This document shows positions 30,063-39,998 of a stretch of DNA of 64,000 nt, piece after piece. Location of the stretch: assembly GCA_963664705.1 (NCBI GenBank), contig OY761556.1:832001-896000 (forward strand). Direction: 5' to 3'. Position 1 is the stretch's first letter, and each line of letters opens with the position of its first letter. Source of the stretch: Acidobacteriota bacterium. GTDB lineage: Bacteria; Acidobacteriota; UBA6911. A program made the position numbers and the translations under genes. The notes beneath the pieces are model-generated. The model ran no database searches and was not told the DNA's origin. It saw only the letters and a list, made by a program, of their open reading frames with translations.

Positions 30063-30728
30063 ATGATAGTTGGTGATCAGAAACCTATTGAAGACATCCT
30101 GGCATACGTCGATGGTTGCGAACGTATACTGCTGGCAGGTTGCCACGGCTGCGTTACGGTGTGCTGCGCGGGGGGACAGAAGGAAGTGGATGTTCTGGCC
30201 AGCATGATTGAACTGGGCCGGATGAAGCGCCGCCAGCCATGCCAGATTACGAAGATTACGCTGGAACGCCAGTGCGATGTGGAGTTCCTCGAAGAATTGA
30301 TCGCAAAGTCCAAGGAAAACGATGTAATCCTGTCGATGGCTTGTGGCGCAGGCGTTCAGCTGGTAGCCGAAAATGCCGGGACGAAGAAGGTAGTGCCGGC
30401 GCTGAACACAAATTTTATCGGCGCCATTCATGAAAAGGGAGTATGGGGCGAACGGTGTCAGACCTGCGGCGACTGCAAGCTTGCTCTGACCGGCGGTATT
30501 TGTCCCGTCACGCGCTGCTCCAAGAGCCTGATGAACGGCCCCTGCGGCGGATCGCGCGATGGAAAATGCGAAGTGAATTCCGATATTTCCTGCGGCTGGA
30601 ATCTGATCGTGGATCGGCTGGAGGCGACAGGTTGTTTGGACCAATACGAGAATATTCTGGAACCGGCGGACTGGTCGCGCTCCCGTGATGGAGGACCGCG
30701 AAAACTGGTTCGGGAAGACTTAAGGTAG
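30063..30728 (+). CDS. metV: methylene-THF reductase small Fe-S/Zn subunit
   Basis: GCHGCVTVC, ERQCD, MACGAG, ERCQTCGDC...GGICPVTRCSKSLMNGPCGG...CEV...CGW. Confidence 0.9.
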   Translation: MIVGDQKPIEDILAYVDGCERILLAGCHGCVTVCCAGGQKEVDVLASMIELGRMKRRQPCQITKITLERQCDVEFLEELIAKSKENDVILSMACGAGVQLVAENAGTKKVVPALNTNFIGAIHEKGVWGERCQTCGDCKLALTGGICPVTRCSKSLMNGPCGGSRDGKCEVNSDISCGWNLIVDRLEATGCLDQYENILEPADWSRSRDGGPRKLVREDLR

Positions 30729-30752
30729 AGAATGGCTAAAAGAGGAAAAAAC

Positions 30753-31670
30753 ATGAATCCAAGCAAGTCAAACCTGAAGACCGTACTCGAATCGGGCCAA
30801 TTCGCGGTAACCGCCGAAGCGGGGCCGCCGCGCGGAGCCAAGCCTGAAGTCGTGCGCCAGAAGGCCAAGATTCTGAAAGGCTGTGTCGATGCCTGCAACG
30901 TCACCGACAATCAGACCAGCGTTGTTCGTATGTGCAGCCTGGCAGCCTGCAAGATTTTGAGTGATGAGGGCATTGATGCCGTCATGCAGATGGTTTGCCG
31001 TGATCGAAACCGAATCGCGGCTCAGAGTGATATCCTGGGAGCCGCATCGCTCGGGATTTCCAATCTGCTATGCCTTTCCGGAGACCATCAGGTTTTCGGA
31101 GATAACCCGAAAGCCAAGAATGTATTCGATATCGATTCAATCCATCTCCTACAGATCGCCAAGGGAATGCGGGATGACTCCAAATTCGCCGGCGGCAAGG
31201 ATGTGGATGGACCTCCGGATATGTTTATTGGTGCGGCGGCAAATCCGTTCGCGGATCCTTTCAAAATCCAGGTTCCGCGGCTGGCAAAGAAAATTGCGGC
31301 CGGGGCACAGTTTATTCAGACCCAATGCGTTTTCAATCTCGACAAATTTATTGAGTTCATGAGCGGCGCAAGAGATCGTGGACTTGATGAAAAAGCCTAT
31401 ATCCTAGCGGGAATTACGCCGGTCAAGAGCTTGCCCATGATTGAATACATGGCAACGAAGGTGGCCGGGATGGATGTTCCGCAGGCGCTGATTGAACGCA
31501 TCAAAGGCGTCGAGAAAAAGAATCAGAAGAAGGAAGGAATCAAGATCGCGGTGGAAACGATCCAACAGCTCAAGGAAGTCAAAGGCATTCGTGGCGTACA
31601 CATTATGGCCATCGAATGGGAGGACGCTGTTCCTGAGATCGTCGAACAGGCGAATCTGAAAACCAAGTAA
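30753..31670 (+). CDS. metF: methylenetetrahydrofolate reductase (MetVF type)
   Basis: TAEAGPPRG, NVTDNQ, CRDRNRIA, LSGDH, GAQFIQTQ, GVHIMAI; alternative start at 30732. Confidence 0.92.
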   Translation: MNPSKSNLKTVLESGQFAVTAEAGPPRGAKPEVVRQKAKILKGCVDACNVTDNQTSVVRMCSLAACKILSDEGIDAVMQMVCRDRNRIAAQSDILGAASLGISNLLCLSGDHQVFGDNPKAKNVFDIDSIHLLQIAKGMRDDSKFAGGKDVDGPPDMFIGAAANPFADPFKIQVPRLAKKIAAGAQFIQTQCVFNLDKFIEFMSGARDRGLDEKAYILAGITPVKSLPMIEYMATKVAGMDVPQALIERIKGVEKKNQKKEGIKIAVETIQQLKEVKGIRGVHIMAIEWEDAVPEIVEQANLKTK

Positions 31671-31687
31671 ATCCGCACAAATACTCC

Positions 31688-31748
31688 GCGGTGAAAATCG
31701 GGTCCGACCCCGATTTTCACCGCCGCCACAAATCGGGTCCGACCCCGA
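31688..31748. repeat. REP-like palindrome plus partial tandem copy
   Basis: 15-bp perfect stem 31688-31702/31709-31723; AAATCGGGTCCGACCCCGA recurs at 31730-31748. Confidence 0.7.
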
Positions 31749-31907
31749 AAGCTAAATTTCGCCTCAGCCCATCCTCTAAATTTCTCATCAATATTTTGGC
31801 CCCCAACGGATCCGTTCACCAGATTGCCGTTTATTGCGTCTGCCCTCGGCTTGTAGCGGGATTTTTAGTTTACTAAACTTGTATTCAAGGCAGGGGAGGG
31901 GAGAGCC

Positions 31908-32831
31908 ATGAAAAAAGTCAGCATCATCGGCAGCGGAAATGTGGGAGCGAATACCGCTTTTTTTGTCGCGGAAAATCGGGCCGCATCGGTCGTGCTCGTT
32001 GACGTGAAAGAAGGACTCGCCGCAGGAAAAAGCCTGGATATGCTGGAAGCAGGGCCCATTCGCAGGTATGACACCGACATTCGAGGAGGCGATAGCATTG
32101 AGGCCATCCGCGGCAGCGATATTGTGGTTGTAGCGGCGGGGCGCGTACGTGCTCCGGACCAGAGTCGGGATGATCTGTTTCAGGAAAATTCCAAATTGAT
32201 GTTGCAGATTTGCGAAGACATCATCCGGCTGGCGCCGGATGCCGTGGTTATCAATGTTATGGAACCGGTAGATATGATCACCCTCCTGGCGCAGAAAGCG
32301 CTCGGATTTGATCGTAATAGGGTTCTGGGTGTCGGTGGCCTCCTGAGTTCCATGCGTATGCAATACCTGGTCAGCAATGCGTTGGGAGTCTCTTCGCGCG
32401 AGGCGACCGGAATGGTGATCGGCCCGCACCGGCCGACCATGGTATTTCTGCGCGATACCATCCGGGTTTCCGGGATACCGGTGGACAAGCTGTTGTCGCC
32501 CGAAAAGATCAACACCATCTTGAACGAGGTAAGAAAGGCGGGAGACGATATCCTGCATATGGCTCAGCGCTCCACCGCGTACTATGCCCCCAGCGCGGCT
32601 GTCGCCGGCCTCGTCGAAGCGATTGTCCGCAACAGCAAGGCGCTTCTGCCTGTTTCCGTCCGTTTGCAGGGAGAATACGGAGTTGGCGGGGTTGCGGTCA
32701 GCATCCCCACGCAAATAGGGGAAAACGGCGTCGATAAGATTGTTTCCGTCAGGATGAGTCCTGACGAAAACCGCGAATTTATTGATGCCGTGAATGATTT
32801 GTGCGCCTCACTGTCTCGTGCCAACTGTTAG
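31908..32831 (+). CDS. malate dehydrogenase-like protein with altered active site
   Basis: GSGNVG, AGRVRAPDQSRDDL, AYYAP; but MEP replaces SNP and LSSMR replaces LDSxR. Confidence 0.85.
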   Translation: MKKVSIIGSGNVGANTAFFVAENRAASVVLVDVKEGLAAGKSLDMLEAGPIRRYDTDIRGGDSIEAIRGSDIVVVAAGRVRAPDQSRDDLFQENSKLMLQICEDIIRLAPDAVVINVMEPVDMITLLAQKALGFDRNRVLGVGGLLSSMRMQYLVSNALGVSSREATGMVIGPHRPTMVFLRDTIRVSGIPVDKLLSPEKINTILNEVRKAGDDILHMAQRSTAYYAPSAAVAGLVEAIVRNSKALLPVSVRLQGEYGVGGVAVSIPTQIGENGVDKIVSVRMSPDENREFIDAVNDLCASLSRANC

Positions 32832-32859
32832 CCCGGCCGAAAAAAAGGAGGATGAGATC

Positions 32860-33804
32860 ATGCCTGGTAAAAAGGTAAGCATTATTGGGGCCGGCAATGT
32901 CGGCGCAACCGCTGCCTATTACATAGCCGAGAAGGTCATTGCAGACATCGTGATGGTGGATGTCATCGAAGGAATGACTCAAGCCAAGGCTCTGGACTTC
33001 CTGCACGCGGGCCCGATGCGACGGTATGATGTGTCCATTCGCGGAACCGGAGATTTTTCGGAAATAGCGGACAGCGATGTGGTGGTGATCACCGCAGGAC
33101 TGCCCCGGAAACCGGGAATGGATCGCATGGACCTTCTCAAGGTAAATGCTGAAATTGTCAAATCTGCATCGCAAAGCATTGCCCGATATGCTCCGAACTC
33201 CACAGTAATCGTTGTTTCCAACCCGCTGGATATTATGTGTCATGTGGCGTTTCGAACAACGGGTTTTGCGGTGCAGCGCGTGGTGGGAATGGCCGGAATC
33301 CTGGATTCAACCCGATTTCGTTACTTTGTTGCCCAGGAACTTGGATGTGCATTTACGGATGTACATGCAATGGTGTTGGGGGGGCATGGAGATCAGATGG
33401 TGCCACTGCCGAGATTTACTACCGTGGCCGGCATCCCGATCACCGATCTTCTTGAAAAGCCGGTCATCGATCGAATGGTGGACCGAACACGCAATGGCGG
33501 AGCGGAAATCGTTTCCCTCCTGAAAACGGGATCTGCCTACTATGCGCCCGCAGCGTCCGTTGCGGAAATGGTGGAAGCCATTATTACTGATCGGAAGACC
33601 CTGGCGCCCTGCGCCTGCTATTTGCGGGGCGAATATGGGATTGAGGGCCTGTTTATTGGAGTGCCCGTGATTCTTGGACGCAACGGTGTCGAGCGTATTG
33701 TGGAACTGGATCTGGAAAAAGAAGAGACGGAACTACTGCAGAAAAGCGCCATGGCTGTTCGCCGTGGCGTGGATGACCTGGCTTCGTTTTTTACAGTGCG
33801 ATGA
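32860..33804 (+). CDS. mdh: LDH-like NAD-dependent malate dehydrogenase
   Basis: GAGNVG, TAGLPRKPGMDR, SNPLD, GILDSTR, GGHGD, LLKTGSAYYAP; RBS AGGAGG. Confidence 0.95.
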   Translation: MPGKKVSIIGAGNVGATAAYYIAEKVIADIVMVDVIEGMTQAKALDFLHAGPMRRYDVSIRGTGDFSEIADSDVVVITAGLPRKPGMDRMDLLKVNAEIVKSASQSIARYAPNSTVIVVSNPLDIMCHVAFRTTGFAVQRVVGMAGILDSTRFRYFVAQELGCAFTDVHAMVLGGHGDQMVPLPRFTTVAGIPITDLLEKPVIDRMVDRTRNGGAEIVSLLKTGSAYYAPAASVAEMVEAIITDRKTLAPCACYLRGEYGIEGLFIGVPVILGRNGVERIVELDLEKEETELLQKSAMAVRRGVDDLASFFTVR

Positions 33805-33807
33805 TGA

Positions 33808-33872
33808 AAACCACGAATGACGAATTACGAATGGACATGGTTTTTCCATTCGTAATTCGTCATTCGTGGTTT
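33808..33872. terminator. 28-bp perfect inverted repeat of ACGAAT(G/T) heptamers between convergent mdh and gltA
   Basis: AAACCACGAATGACGAATTACGAATGGA-9nt-TCCATTCGTAATTCGTCATTCGTGGTTT. Confidence 0.7.
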
Positions 33873-33879
33873 GTGTTCC

Positions 33880-35151
33880 TTACGTTCTTTTTCCAATCGG
33901 GACGTAGTGATTTCCGACCGGACCATTGTAGACCTGTCGCGGTCGCCCAATGCGGCCTTCGGTGTCTTCCAGGATTTCCTTGTAGTTTGCAATCCATCCC
34001 GGCATGCGGCCAATGGCAAACATGACGGTGAACATGTTGATGGGGATCCCGATTGCCCGCATGATGATACCGCTGTAGAAATCGACATTCGGGTAGAGTT
34101 TTCGTTCAACGAAATAGGAGTCGCTTAACGCCGCTTCCTCAAGCCGTTTGGCAATGTCGAGCAGTGGATCTTTTTTCTTCAGCACCGCCAGCAATTCGTC
34201 GCATTTCTTCTTGATGATCCGGGCGCGCGGATCATAATTTTTATACACTCGGTGGCCGAATCCCATCAGCCGTTTTCCCTGCTTGCCCTTGGCCTGTTCG
34301 ATAAACTTGGATCCGTTGTCGCCGGATTGGTGGATCTCCCCGAGCATTTCCAGCACCGCCTGGTTGGCTCCGCCGTGCAGGGGGCCCCAGAGCGCGCAGA
34401 CACCGGCGGCGGCACTGGCGAACAAATTGGCTTTGCTTGATGCGACCATGCGTACCGTCGCGGTTGAACAATTCTGCTCATGATCGGCGTGCAGGAGGAA
34501 AATCAAATCCAGCGCCTGGACTACCTCCGGGAACAGTTCATAGTCTTGATAGGGCTCGGAAAACATCATGTGGAGCAGATTGGCCGTATATTTGTACGTA
34601 GGCTTCGGGTACATGTTGGGCAATCCGAGCGACTTGCGATAGGAAAACGCGGCAATAGTCCTGACTTGCGAGATCAGCCGCGCCGCCTGCATCAGAAAGA
34701 GTTCGTTCTTTTCCAGAACTTCAGGGAAAAAGCAGCCGGCGGCATTAATCATGGAAGACAATATTGCCATCGGATGAGCGCTCGTTGGAAAGCCCTCAAA
34801 ATGAAATTTCATGTCCTCATGAAGCATTTCATTTTTTGTCAGAAGCTGCGAGAAAGCGTTCAACTCCTGGCTTGTTGGCAGTTTTCCCCAGATCAGCAGA
34901 TAGGCTGTTTCAACGAAGGTCGAGTTTTCGGCCAGTTCCTCGATGGGGATCCCACGGTAGCGCAGGATGCCCTGTTCTCCATCGATAAATGTGATCTTGC
35001 TGATGCAGGAGCCCGTGTTCCCGTAGCCCTCATCCAGCGTTATGTATCCGGTAGCGTTGCGAAGCGAGGAGATATCGATTGCCTTCTCTCCTTCGGATCC
35101 CACAACCACAGGGAATTCGTATGTTTTACCGTCGAGTTCAAGTTTGGCCAT
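33880..35151 (-). CDS. gltA: citrate (Si)-synthase
   Basis: [42 protein letters not shown]; RBS GGAGG before MAKLEL. Confidence 0.96.
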   Translation of the reverse strand: MAKLELDGKTYEFPVVVGSEGEKAIDISSLRNATGYITLDEGYGNTGSCISKITFIDGEQGILRYRGIPIEELAENSTFVETAYLLIWGKLPTSQELNAFSQLLTKNEMLHEDMKFHFEGFPTSAHPMAILSSMINAAGCFFPEVLEKNELFLMQAARLISQVRTIAAFSYRKSLGLPNMYPKPTYKYTANLLHMMFSEPYQDYELFPEVVQALDLIFLLHADHEQNCSTATVRMVASSKANLFASAAAGVCALWGPLHGGANQAVLEMLGEIHQSGDNGSKFIEQAKGKQGKRLMGFGHRVYKNYDPRARIIKKKCDELLAVLKKKDPLLDIAKRLEEAALSDSYFVERKLYPNVDFYSGIIMRAIGIPINMFTVMFAIGRMPGWIANYKEILEDTEGRIGRPRQVYNGPVGNHYVPIGKRT

Positions 35152-35441
35152 CTGTAGTCCAATGCCTCCATGGCAGGAGTGGTTAAACAAGGTCCCGGCT
35201 AGAAGAATACCAATAATAATAATATCCGAGAAGAGGTTGACCGAAATGTAAATATTTCCGAATTAAAGCGATAGCCGGTCCTGGGTTCCATGGGGAGGAA
35301 ACTGCCGAGCCTGCTTTCCTGTCCATTGCCGCAATTCGGGGCGGACTTCTGGTGACTCCGACCCGCGAAACAGCTATAATGATTTCTTATTCGTTTGGCA
35401 TAATTAGATTACTTTTATATTACTCGAGCGAAGGAGGTTCT

Positions 35442-37250
35442 GTGAGCGCTCCGACAAAAAATACCAAGCTACTGTCGTGGGTGGAAGAAATTGCAGCAAT
35501 GACCCAACCCGACAGCATTATCTGGTGCAACGGCACCAAAGAGGAATACGATTCATTGATGAAGGGCATGGTGGATGGCGGGATGGCCACGCCGCTGGCT
35601 CGACGGCCCAATTCGTTTTTATTCCGATCCGACCCTTCCGATGTAGCACGCGTCGAAAACCGGACCTATATAGCATCCAAGACCAAGGAAGAAGCTGGAC
35701 CCACGAACAACTGGATTGATCCGGTCGAATTGAATGACGCAATGAAGAAGCTCTATACGGGATGCATGCGGGGCCGTAACTTGTATGTTATTCCGTTTTC
35801 CATGGGACCCATCGGATCCCCTATCGCCAAAATCGGCGTTCAGATTACCGATTCCCCTTACGTGGTCGTCAGCATGCATATCATGGCCCGGGTGGGGAGG
35901 AGAGTTCTGCAGGTGATGGGAGATTCCGGCGATTTCGTTCCCTGCCTGCACTCCATCGGTAAACCGCTGCTTTCATGTCAGGATGACGCAGGGCAATGGC
36001 CATGCGCTCCCTTGGATAAGAAGTACATCGCCCATTTCCCGGATACGAAAACGATCTGGTCCTACGGTTCAGGCTACGGAGGGAATGCCTTGCTGGGCAA
36101 GAAATGCCTGGCTTTGCGGATAGCCTCGGTTATAGCCAGGGAAGAAGGATGGCTTGCCGAGCACATGCTGATTTTGAAGATTACCAATCCGGAAGGAAAA
36201 TCGAAACACATTGCGGCCGCGTTTCCTTCCGCCTGCGGCAAAACCAATCTGGCGATGCTTGTTCCTACTATTCCGGGATGGAAAGTTGAGACCATCGGAG
36301 ACGACATTGCCTGGATGAAACCGGGCAAAGATGGAAGATTATACGCCATCAATCCCGAAGCGGGATTCTTCGGCGTGGCACCGGGAACATCCTTGGATTC
36401 GAACCCGAATGCCATGCGCTCCGTGGAGAAAAACACGATTTTCACCAATGTGGCCCTGACCAAAGACAGCGATGTCTGGTGGGAAGGCATCGGTTACGAT
36501 GCGCCCGGCGAAGTGATCGATTGGACAGGTAAGCCCTGGATTCAAGATAAAGGAAACAAATCCCAGGCTCCCGCGGCTCATCCCAACTCGCGTTTTACCG
36601 CTCCTGCGGCACAGTGCCCGGCAATTGCATCCGATTGGGAAAATCCCGCGGGTGTTCCGATTGACGCATTTCTCTTTGGCGGACGACGCCCATCGACGGT
36701 TCCTCTCGTAACGCAAGCCTTTGATTGGAATCATGGCGTCTTTATGGGATCGATCGCAGGATCGGAAATTACCGCCGCCGCGCTCGACCTGAAGGTCGGA
36801 TCGGTGCGGCGCGACCCATTTGCCATGCTGCCATTCTGCGGCTACCATATGGGCGACTATTTTGCTCACTGGATTCGAATGGGTGAGCGGACTCCGCTGA
36901 AATCACAACCGAAATTCTTCTTTGTAAACTGGTTCCGGAAGACGAGCAGCGGTAAGTGGCTGTGGCCTGGGTACGGCGAGAACAGCCGTGTCCTCAAATG
37001 GATCTTTGAACGGTGCGACGGCGGCGGCAAGGCCGTGGAGACCGCGATTGGTCACATGCCCACGGTGGATGCCATTGAGCCTCCAGCCGGCGTGAGCGAA
37101 GAGGATATGCGATCCTTGCTTGCGGTCGATGTCAAAGGCTGGAAATCCGAACTGCAGGATATCAAAGCCGAACACTATCCGAAATTTGGCACCAGGCTCC
37201 CGAAGGAGCTTAACGAACAGCTTGAAGCTTTAACAAAACGCCTGGGCTAG
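35442..37250 (+). CDS. pckG: phosphoenolpyruvate carboxykinase (GTP)
   Basis: [55 protein letters not shown]; GTG start after AGGAGG. Confidence 0.96.
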   Translation: MSAPTKNTKLLSWVEEIAAMTQPDSIIWCNGTKEEYDSLMKGMVDGGMATPLARRPNSFLFRSDPSDVARVENRTYIASKTKEEAGPTNNWIDPVELNDAMKKLYTGCMRGRNLYVIPFSMGPIGSPIAKIGVQITDSPYVVVSMHIMARVGRRVLQVMGDSGDFVPCLHSIGKPLLSCQDDAGQWPCAPLDKKYIAHFPDTKTIWSYGSGYGGNALLGKKCLALRIASVIAREEGWLAEHMLILKITNPEGKSKHIAAAFPSACGKTNLAMLVPTIPGWKVETIGDDIAWMKPGKDGRLYAINPEAGFFGVAPGTSLDSNPNAMRSVEKNTIFTNVALTKDSDVWWEGIGYDAPGEVIDWTGKPWIQDKGNKSQAPAAHPNSRFTAPAAQCPAIASDWENPAGVPIDAFLFGGRRPSTVPLVTQAFDWNHGVFMGSIAGSEITAAALDLKVGSVRRDPFAMLPFCGYHMGDYFAHWIRMGERTPLKSQPKFFFVNWFRKTSSGKWLWPGYGENSRVLKWIFERCDGGGKAVETAIGHMPTVDAIEPPAGVSEEDMRSLLAVDVKGWKSELQDIKAEHYPKFGTRLPKELNEQLEALTKRLG

Positions 37251-37256
37251 TAACGC

Positions 37257-37297
37257 GCCGGAACGGCATCTCAAAATGTTTGAGATGCCGTTCCGGC
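37257..37297. terminator. 19-bp perfect hairpin after pckG (terminator or mRNA-stabilising stem)
   Basis: GCCGGAACGGCATCTCAAA-ATG-TTTGAGATGCCGTTCCGGC; no U-tract. Confidence 0.55.
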
Positions 37298-37342
37298 TAT
37301 GCGCGTCTATTCTGTTGCCCGGACTTTCATAACGGAGAGCAA

Positions 37343-38644
37343 ATGATGAAAGCGTACAATCCCCTTGCCGAGGCTTTAAACAAGGACATTGAGAATGGTG
37401 CTCCGCAGATCCTCAGCATGCTCTCGGCACGCGGAAAAGCAATCTATTTCCCGTCCAAGGGAATTCTTGGCCAAACGGCCGAGGCAAAGAGCGTCAAGAT
37501 CAACGCTACCATTGGAACTGCCTTTGAAAATGATGGCTCCCCTCTCACGCTGGAATGCATGGAAGGAATGGTCAATATTCCATCGGAATCCTTTCTCTAT
37601 GCACCGAGTTTCGGAATGCCCAAGCTGCGCGAGGAGTGGGGCAAAATACTGGCTACCAAGAATCCGGGGTTGGAAGGCAAGACATTCAGTCAGCCGGTTG
37701 TAACCGCTGCATTGACGCATGGACTCTCCATGGCCGGCTATCTTTTCGCAGACGAGGGGGACGAAATCATTCTCCCCAACCTCTATTGGGATAACTACGA
37801 GCTCGTATTCTGTGAAGCCTATGGAGCCAAACTTAATTTCTACAATACCTTTGTCTCCGGCGGGTTTGATGTTGCAGCCTTCGGGAAGGCGCTCAATGCG
37901 GGCAAAGTGGGAAAGAAAATTGTTCTTCTGAATTTTCCGAATAACCCCACCGGCTATACGCCAACTGAGGCTGAAGCGAAAGCCCTGGCTTCCGAGATAC
38001 AAAAGGCTGCGGAGGCGGGGAATAAGGTCGTGGTGATCCTCGACGACGCATATTTCGGCCTAGTGTATGAAGAGGGCATTTCCCAGGAATCCCTGTTCAG
38101 CCTGCTGGTGGACCTGCATCCCAATGTTCTGAGCGTCAAGCTGGATGGCGCGACCAAGGAAGATTATGTATGGGGTTTCCGCGTTGGTTTTATCACATTT
38201 GGTTTCAAAGGTGCCAATGCGGCCCAATTGAAGGCGCTGGAGAATAAGGCCGCCGGCGCCGTGCGTGGAACCATCTCCAATGCTCCCTGCCTTTCGCAGT
38301 CTATTCTTCTGAAGGCATATACCGCTCCGGAATATGCGGATCAGAAGAAGCAGAAATATGGGATCCTGGCCGATCGCGTTCGGAAAATCAAAGCCACGCT
38401 GAAGGCGCATCCCGAGTACGCCGGGAGTTTTGAAGTGATGCCGTTTAACTCAGGCTACTTCATGTGCGTAAAGCCTATTGGAGTGGATAACGAGGAACTG
38501 CGCAAGGAACTGATTTCGAATTACAGCACCGGAGTTATCGTGCTGTCCGGCTTGATTCGGCTGGCCTTTTCGGCCGTGCCAACAGAACTGGTTGAAAACC
38601 TGTTTGCCAACCTGCATTCGGCCATTCAAAAGCTCCAGAAATAA
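37343..38644 (+). CDS. PLP-dependent class I/II aminotransferase (probably aspartate aminotransferase)
   Basis: NFPNNPTGY, DDAYFG, KLDGATKE...GFRVG; adjacent to oxaloacetate-node genes. Confidence 0.88.
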   Translation: MMKAYNPLAEALNKDIENGAPQILSMLSARGKAIYFPSKGILGQTAEAKSVKINATIGTAFENDGSPLTLECMEGMVNIPSESFLYAPSFGMPKLREEWGKILATKNPGLEGKTFSQPVVTAALTHGLSMAGYLFADEGDEIILPNLYWDNYELVFCEAYGAKLNFYNTFVSGGFDVAAFGKALNAGKVGKKIVLLNFPNNPTGYTPTEAEAKALASEIQKAAEAGNKVVVILDDAYFGLVYEEGISQESLFSLLVDLHPNVLSVKLDGATKEDYVWGFRVGFITFGFKGANAAQLKALENKAAGAVRGTISNAPCLSQSILLKAYTAPEYADQKKQKYGILADRVRKIKATLKAHPEYAGSFEVMPFNSGYFMCVKPIGVDNEELRKELISNYSTGVIVLSGLIRLAFSAVPTELVENLFANLHSAIQKLQK

Positions 38645-38665
38645 TTCCAGCTGAACATCCTGATC

Positions 38666-38703
38666 GGATCGGGGTAAGCAAATTTTGTTGTTTGCCCCGA
38701 TCC
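38666..38703 (+). terminator. 16-bp hairpin after aminotransferase
   Basis: GGATCGGGGTAAGCAA...TTGTTTGCCCCGATCC with two G-U pairs. Confidence 0.5.
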
Positions 38704-38826
38704 TCCGTGCCGCTCTCCGTGGTACAGTTAATCCAGGTATGTTTCCGAGTCAGAAACATCGCCGCGAAATGTGCATACGCTTGAGGGTGCATTCCTATAT
38801 CCTGTTGAAGGTTGCGGAGGACATCT

Positions 38827-39354
38827 ATGGGGCAGAAACGAATTGCATGGGCGATCACAGGGGCTGGACATGGTTTAGAAGAGTGTATCGATGTGCTGTT
38901 GAACCATGAGCACGTCGACATATTCCTCTCCCGGGCCGCTGAAGAAGTGCTGGGGATGTATAACATGGATGCGCGCATCAGCGTGCCGAAAATCAGAATC
39001 TACCAGGAGACGAAATACAGTGCGCCTCAGGTGATACAGCTTTTCGCCGGCACCTACAGCGTTCTGGTGGTTGCGCCGGCCACATCCAATTCGGTGGCCA
39101 AGTTTGTCGCCGGTATATCGGATACGCTGATAACAAACCTGCTGGCCCAGGCCGGAAAATCAAGGGTGCCCGCAGTCGTGTATCCCACCGATGTCGTGCC
39201 CGCCGTTGAGTCTGTCGGGCCGAAGGGAAAGCCAATCAAGGTCTATCCTCGTCCCATTGATCTTGAAAATACGGCAAAGCTGAAGACTTTTCCCGGGGTT
39301 ACCGTCGTGGGTGACCTGAAGGAACTGGAAGCAGCGCTGGCCCAATTTGCTTGA
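38827..39354 (+). CDS. HFCD-fold flavoprotein, dihydromethanopterin reductase DmrB/AfpA-like
   Basis: IAWAITGAGH, FLSRAAEEVL, VAPATSNSVAK..GISDTL.TN..AQAGK, YPRPIDLEN match the DmrB/AfpA pattern as I recall it. Confidence 0.8.
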   Translation: MGQKRIAWAITGAGHGLEECIDVLLNHEHVDIFLSRAAEEVLGMYNMDARISVPKIRIYQETKYSAPQVIQLFAGTYSVLVVAPATSNSVAKFVAGISDTLITNLLAQAGKSRVPAVVYPTDVVPAVESVGPKGKPIKVYPRPIDLENTAKLKTFPGVTVVGDLKELEAALAQFA

Positions 39355-39374
39355 CCGGCTGAAAGGTTGAATCA

Positions 39375-39992
39375 ATGTCTGATGATTTATTGGCAGATAA
39401 GCTTGCCATTCGGGAGGTCGTGGAAAACTGGGTGCTATGGCGTGACTCCGCCAATTGGGAGCGCTTTGCCACGGTCTGGCATCCGGAAGGCTGGATGACG
39501 GCAACATGGTTTCAGGGGCTTGCAAGCGATTTTATCAAAGTGAGCCGCGAAGGATTCGATAAAGGTGTGAACATCCTCCACTTTCTCGGAGGGTGGACGT
39601 GCGAGATATCCGGGAATCGGGCGATCTCGCAAATGAAAATGACGATTCACCAGCGAGCTCCATTGGATGGCGTGCCGGTGGATGTTGCCTGCATCGGCCG
39701 GTTCTATGACTTCTTTGAAAAACGCCAGGGGCGCTGGGCTATTGTTCGCCGGCAGCCTATTTATGAGAAGGATCGGCTGGATCCGGTCGATCCTGGATCC
39801 TCCCTGAAATTGGATCAGGACCTGCTGGCGCAGTTTCCGGAGGGTTATCAATACCTGGCGTACTTGCAGGCTAAAAATGGATTCAAGGTAAAGAAAGGAT
39901 TGCCGGGACTGCGCGGCCCTGAAGTGGAATCACTCTACCGGGAGGGAAAGGAATGGCTCGCCGGTTCCGAGAAACCGGGAATACCTCTTTAG
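39375..39992 (+). CDS. SnoaL-like/NTF2-fold protein
   Basis: AIREVVENW..WRD..W, ILHFLGG, GRFYDFFEKR.G.W, IYEKDR. Confidence 0.75.
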   Translation: MSDDLLADKLAIREVVENWVLWRDSANWERFATVWHPEGWMTATWFQGLASDFIKVSREGFDKGVNILHFLGGWTCEISGNRAISQMKMTIHQRAPLDGVPVDVACIGRFYDFFEKRQGRWAIVRRQPIYEKDRLDPVDPGSSLKLDQDLLAQFPEGYQYLAYLQAKNGFKVKKGLPGLRGPEVESLYREGKEWLAGSEKPGIPL

Positions 39993-39998
39993 TGCGAG

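Noticed and set aside
31908-33804. Frameshifted single gene or pseudogene spanning the two mdh-like ORFs
   Set aside because: Each ORF is full length (~310 aa) with its own Rossmann start and RBS
33808-33872. CRISPR array
   Set aside because: Only short heptamer repeats in inverted arrangement; no repeat-spacer periodicity and no cas genes in the window
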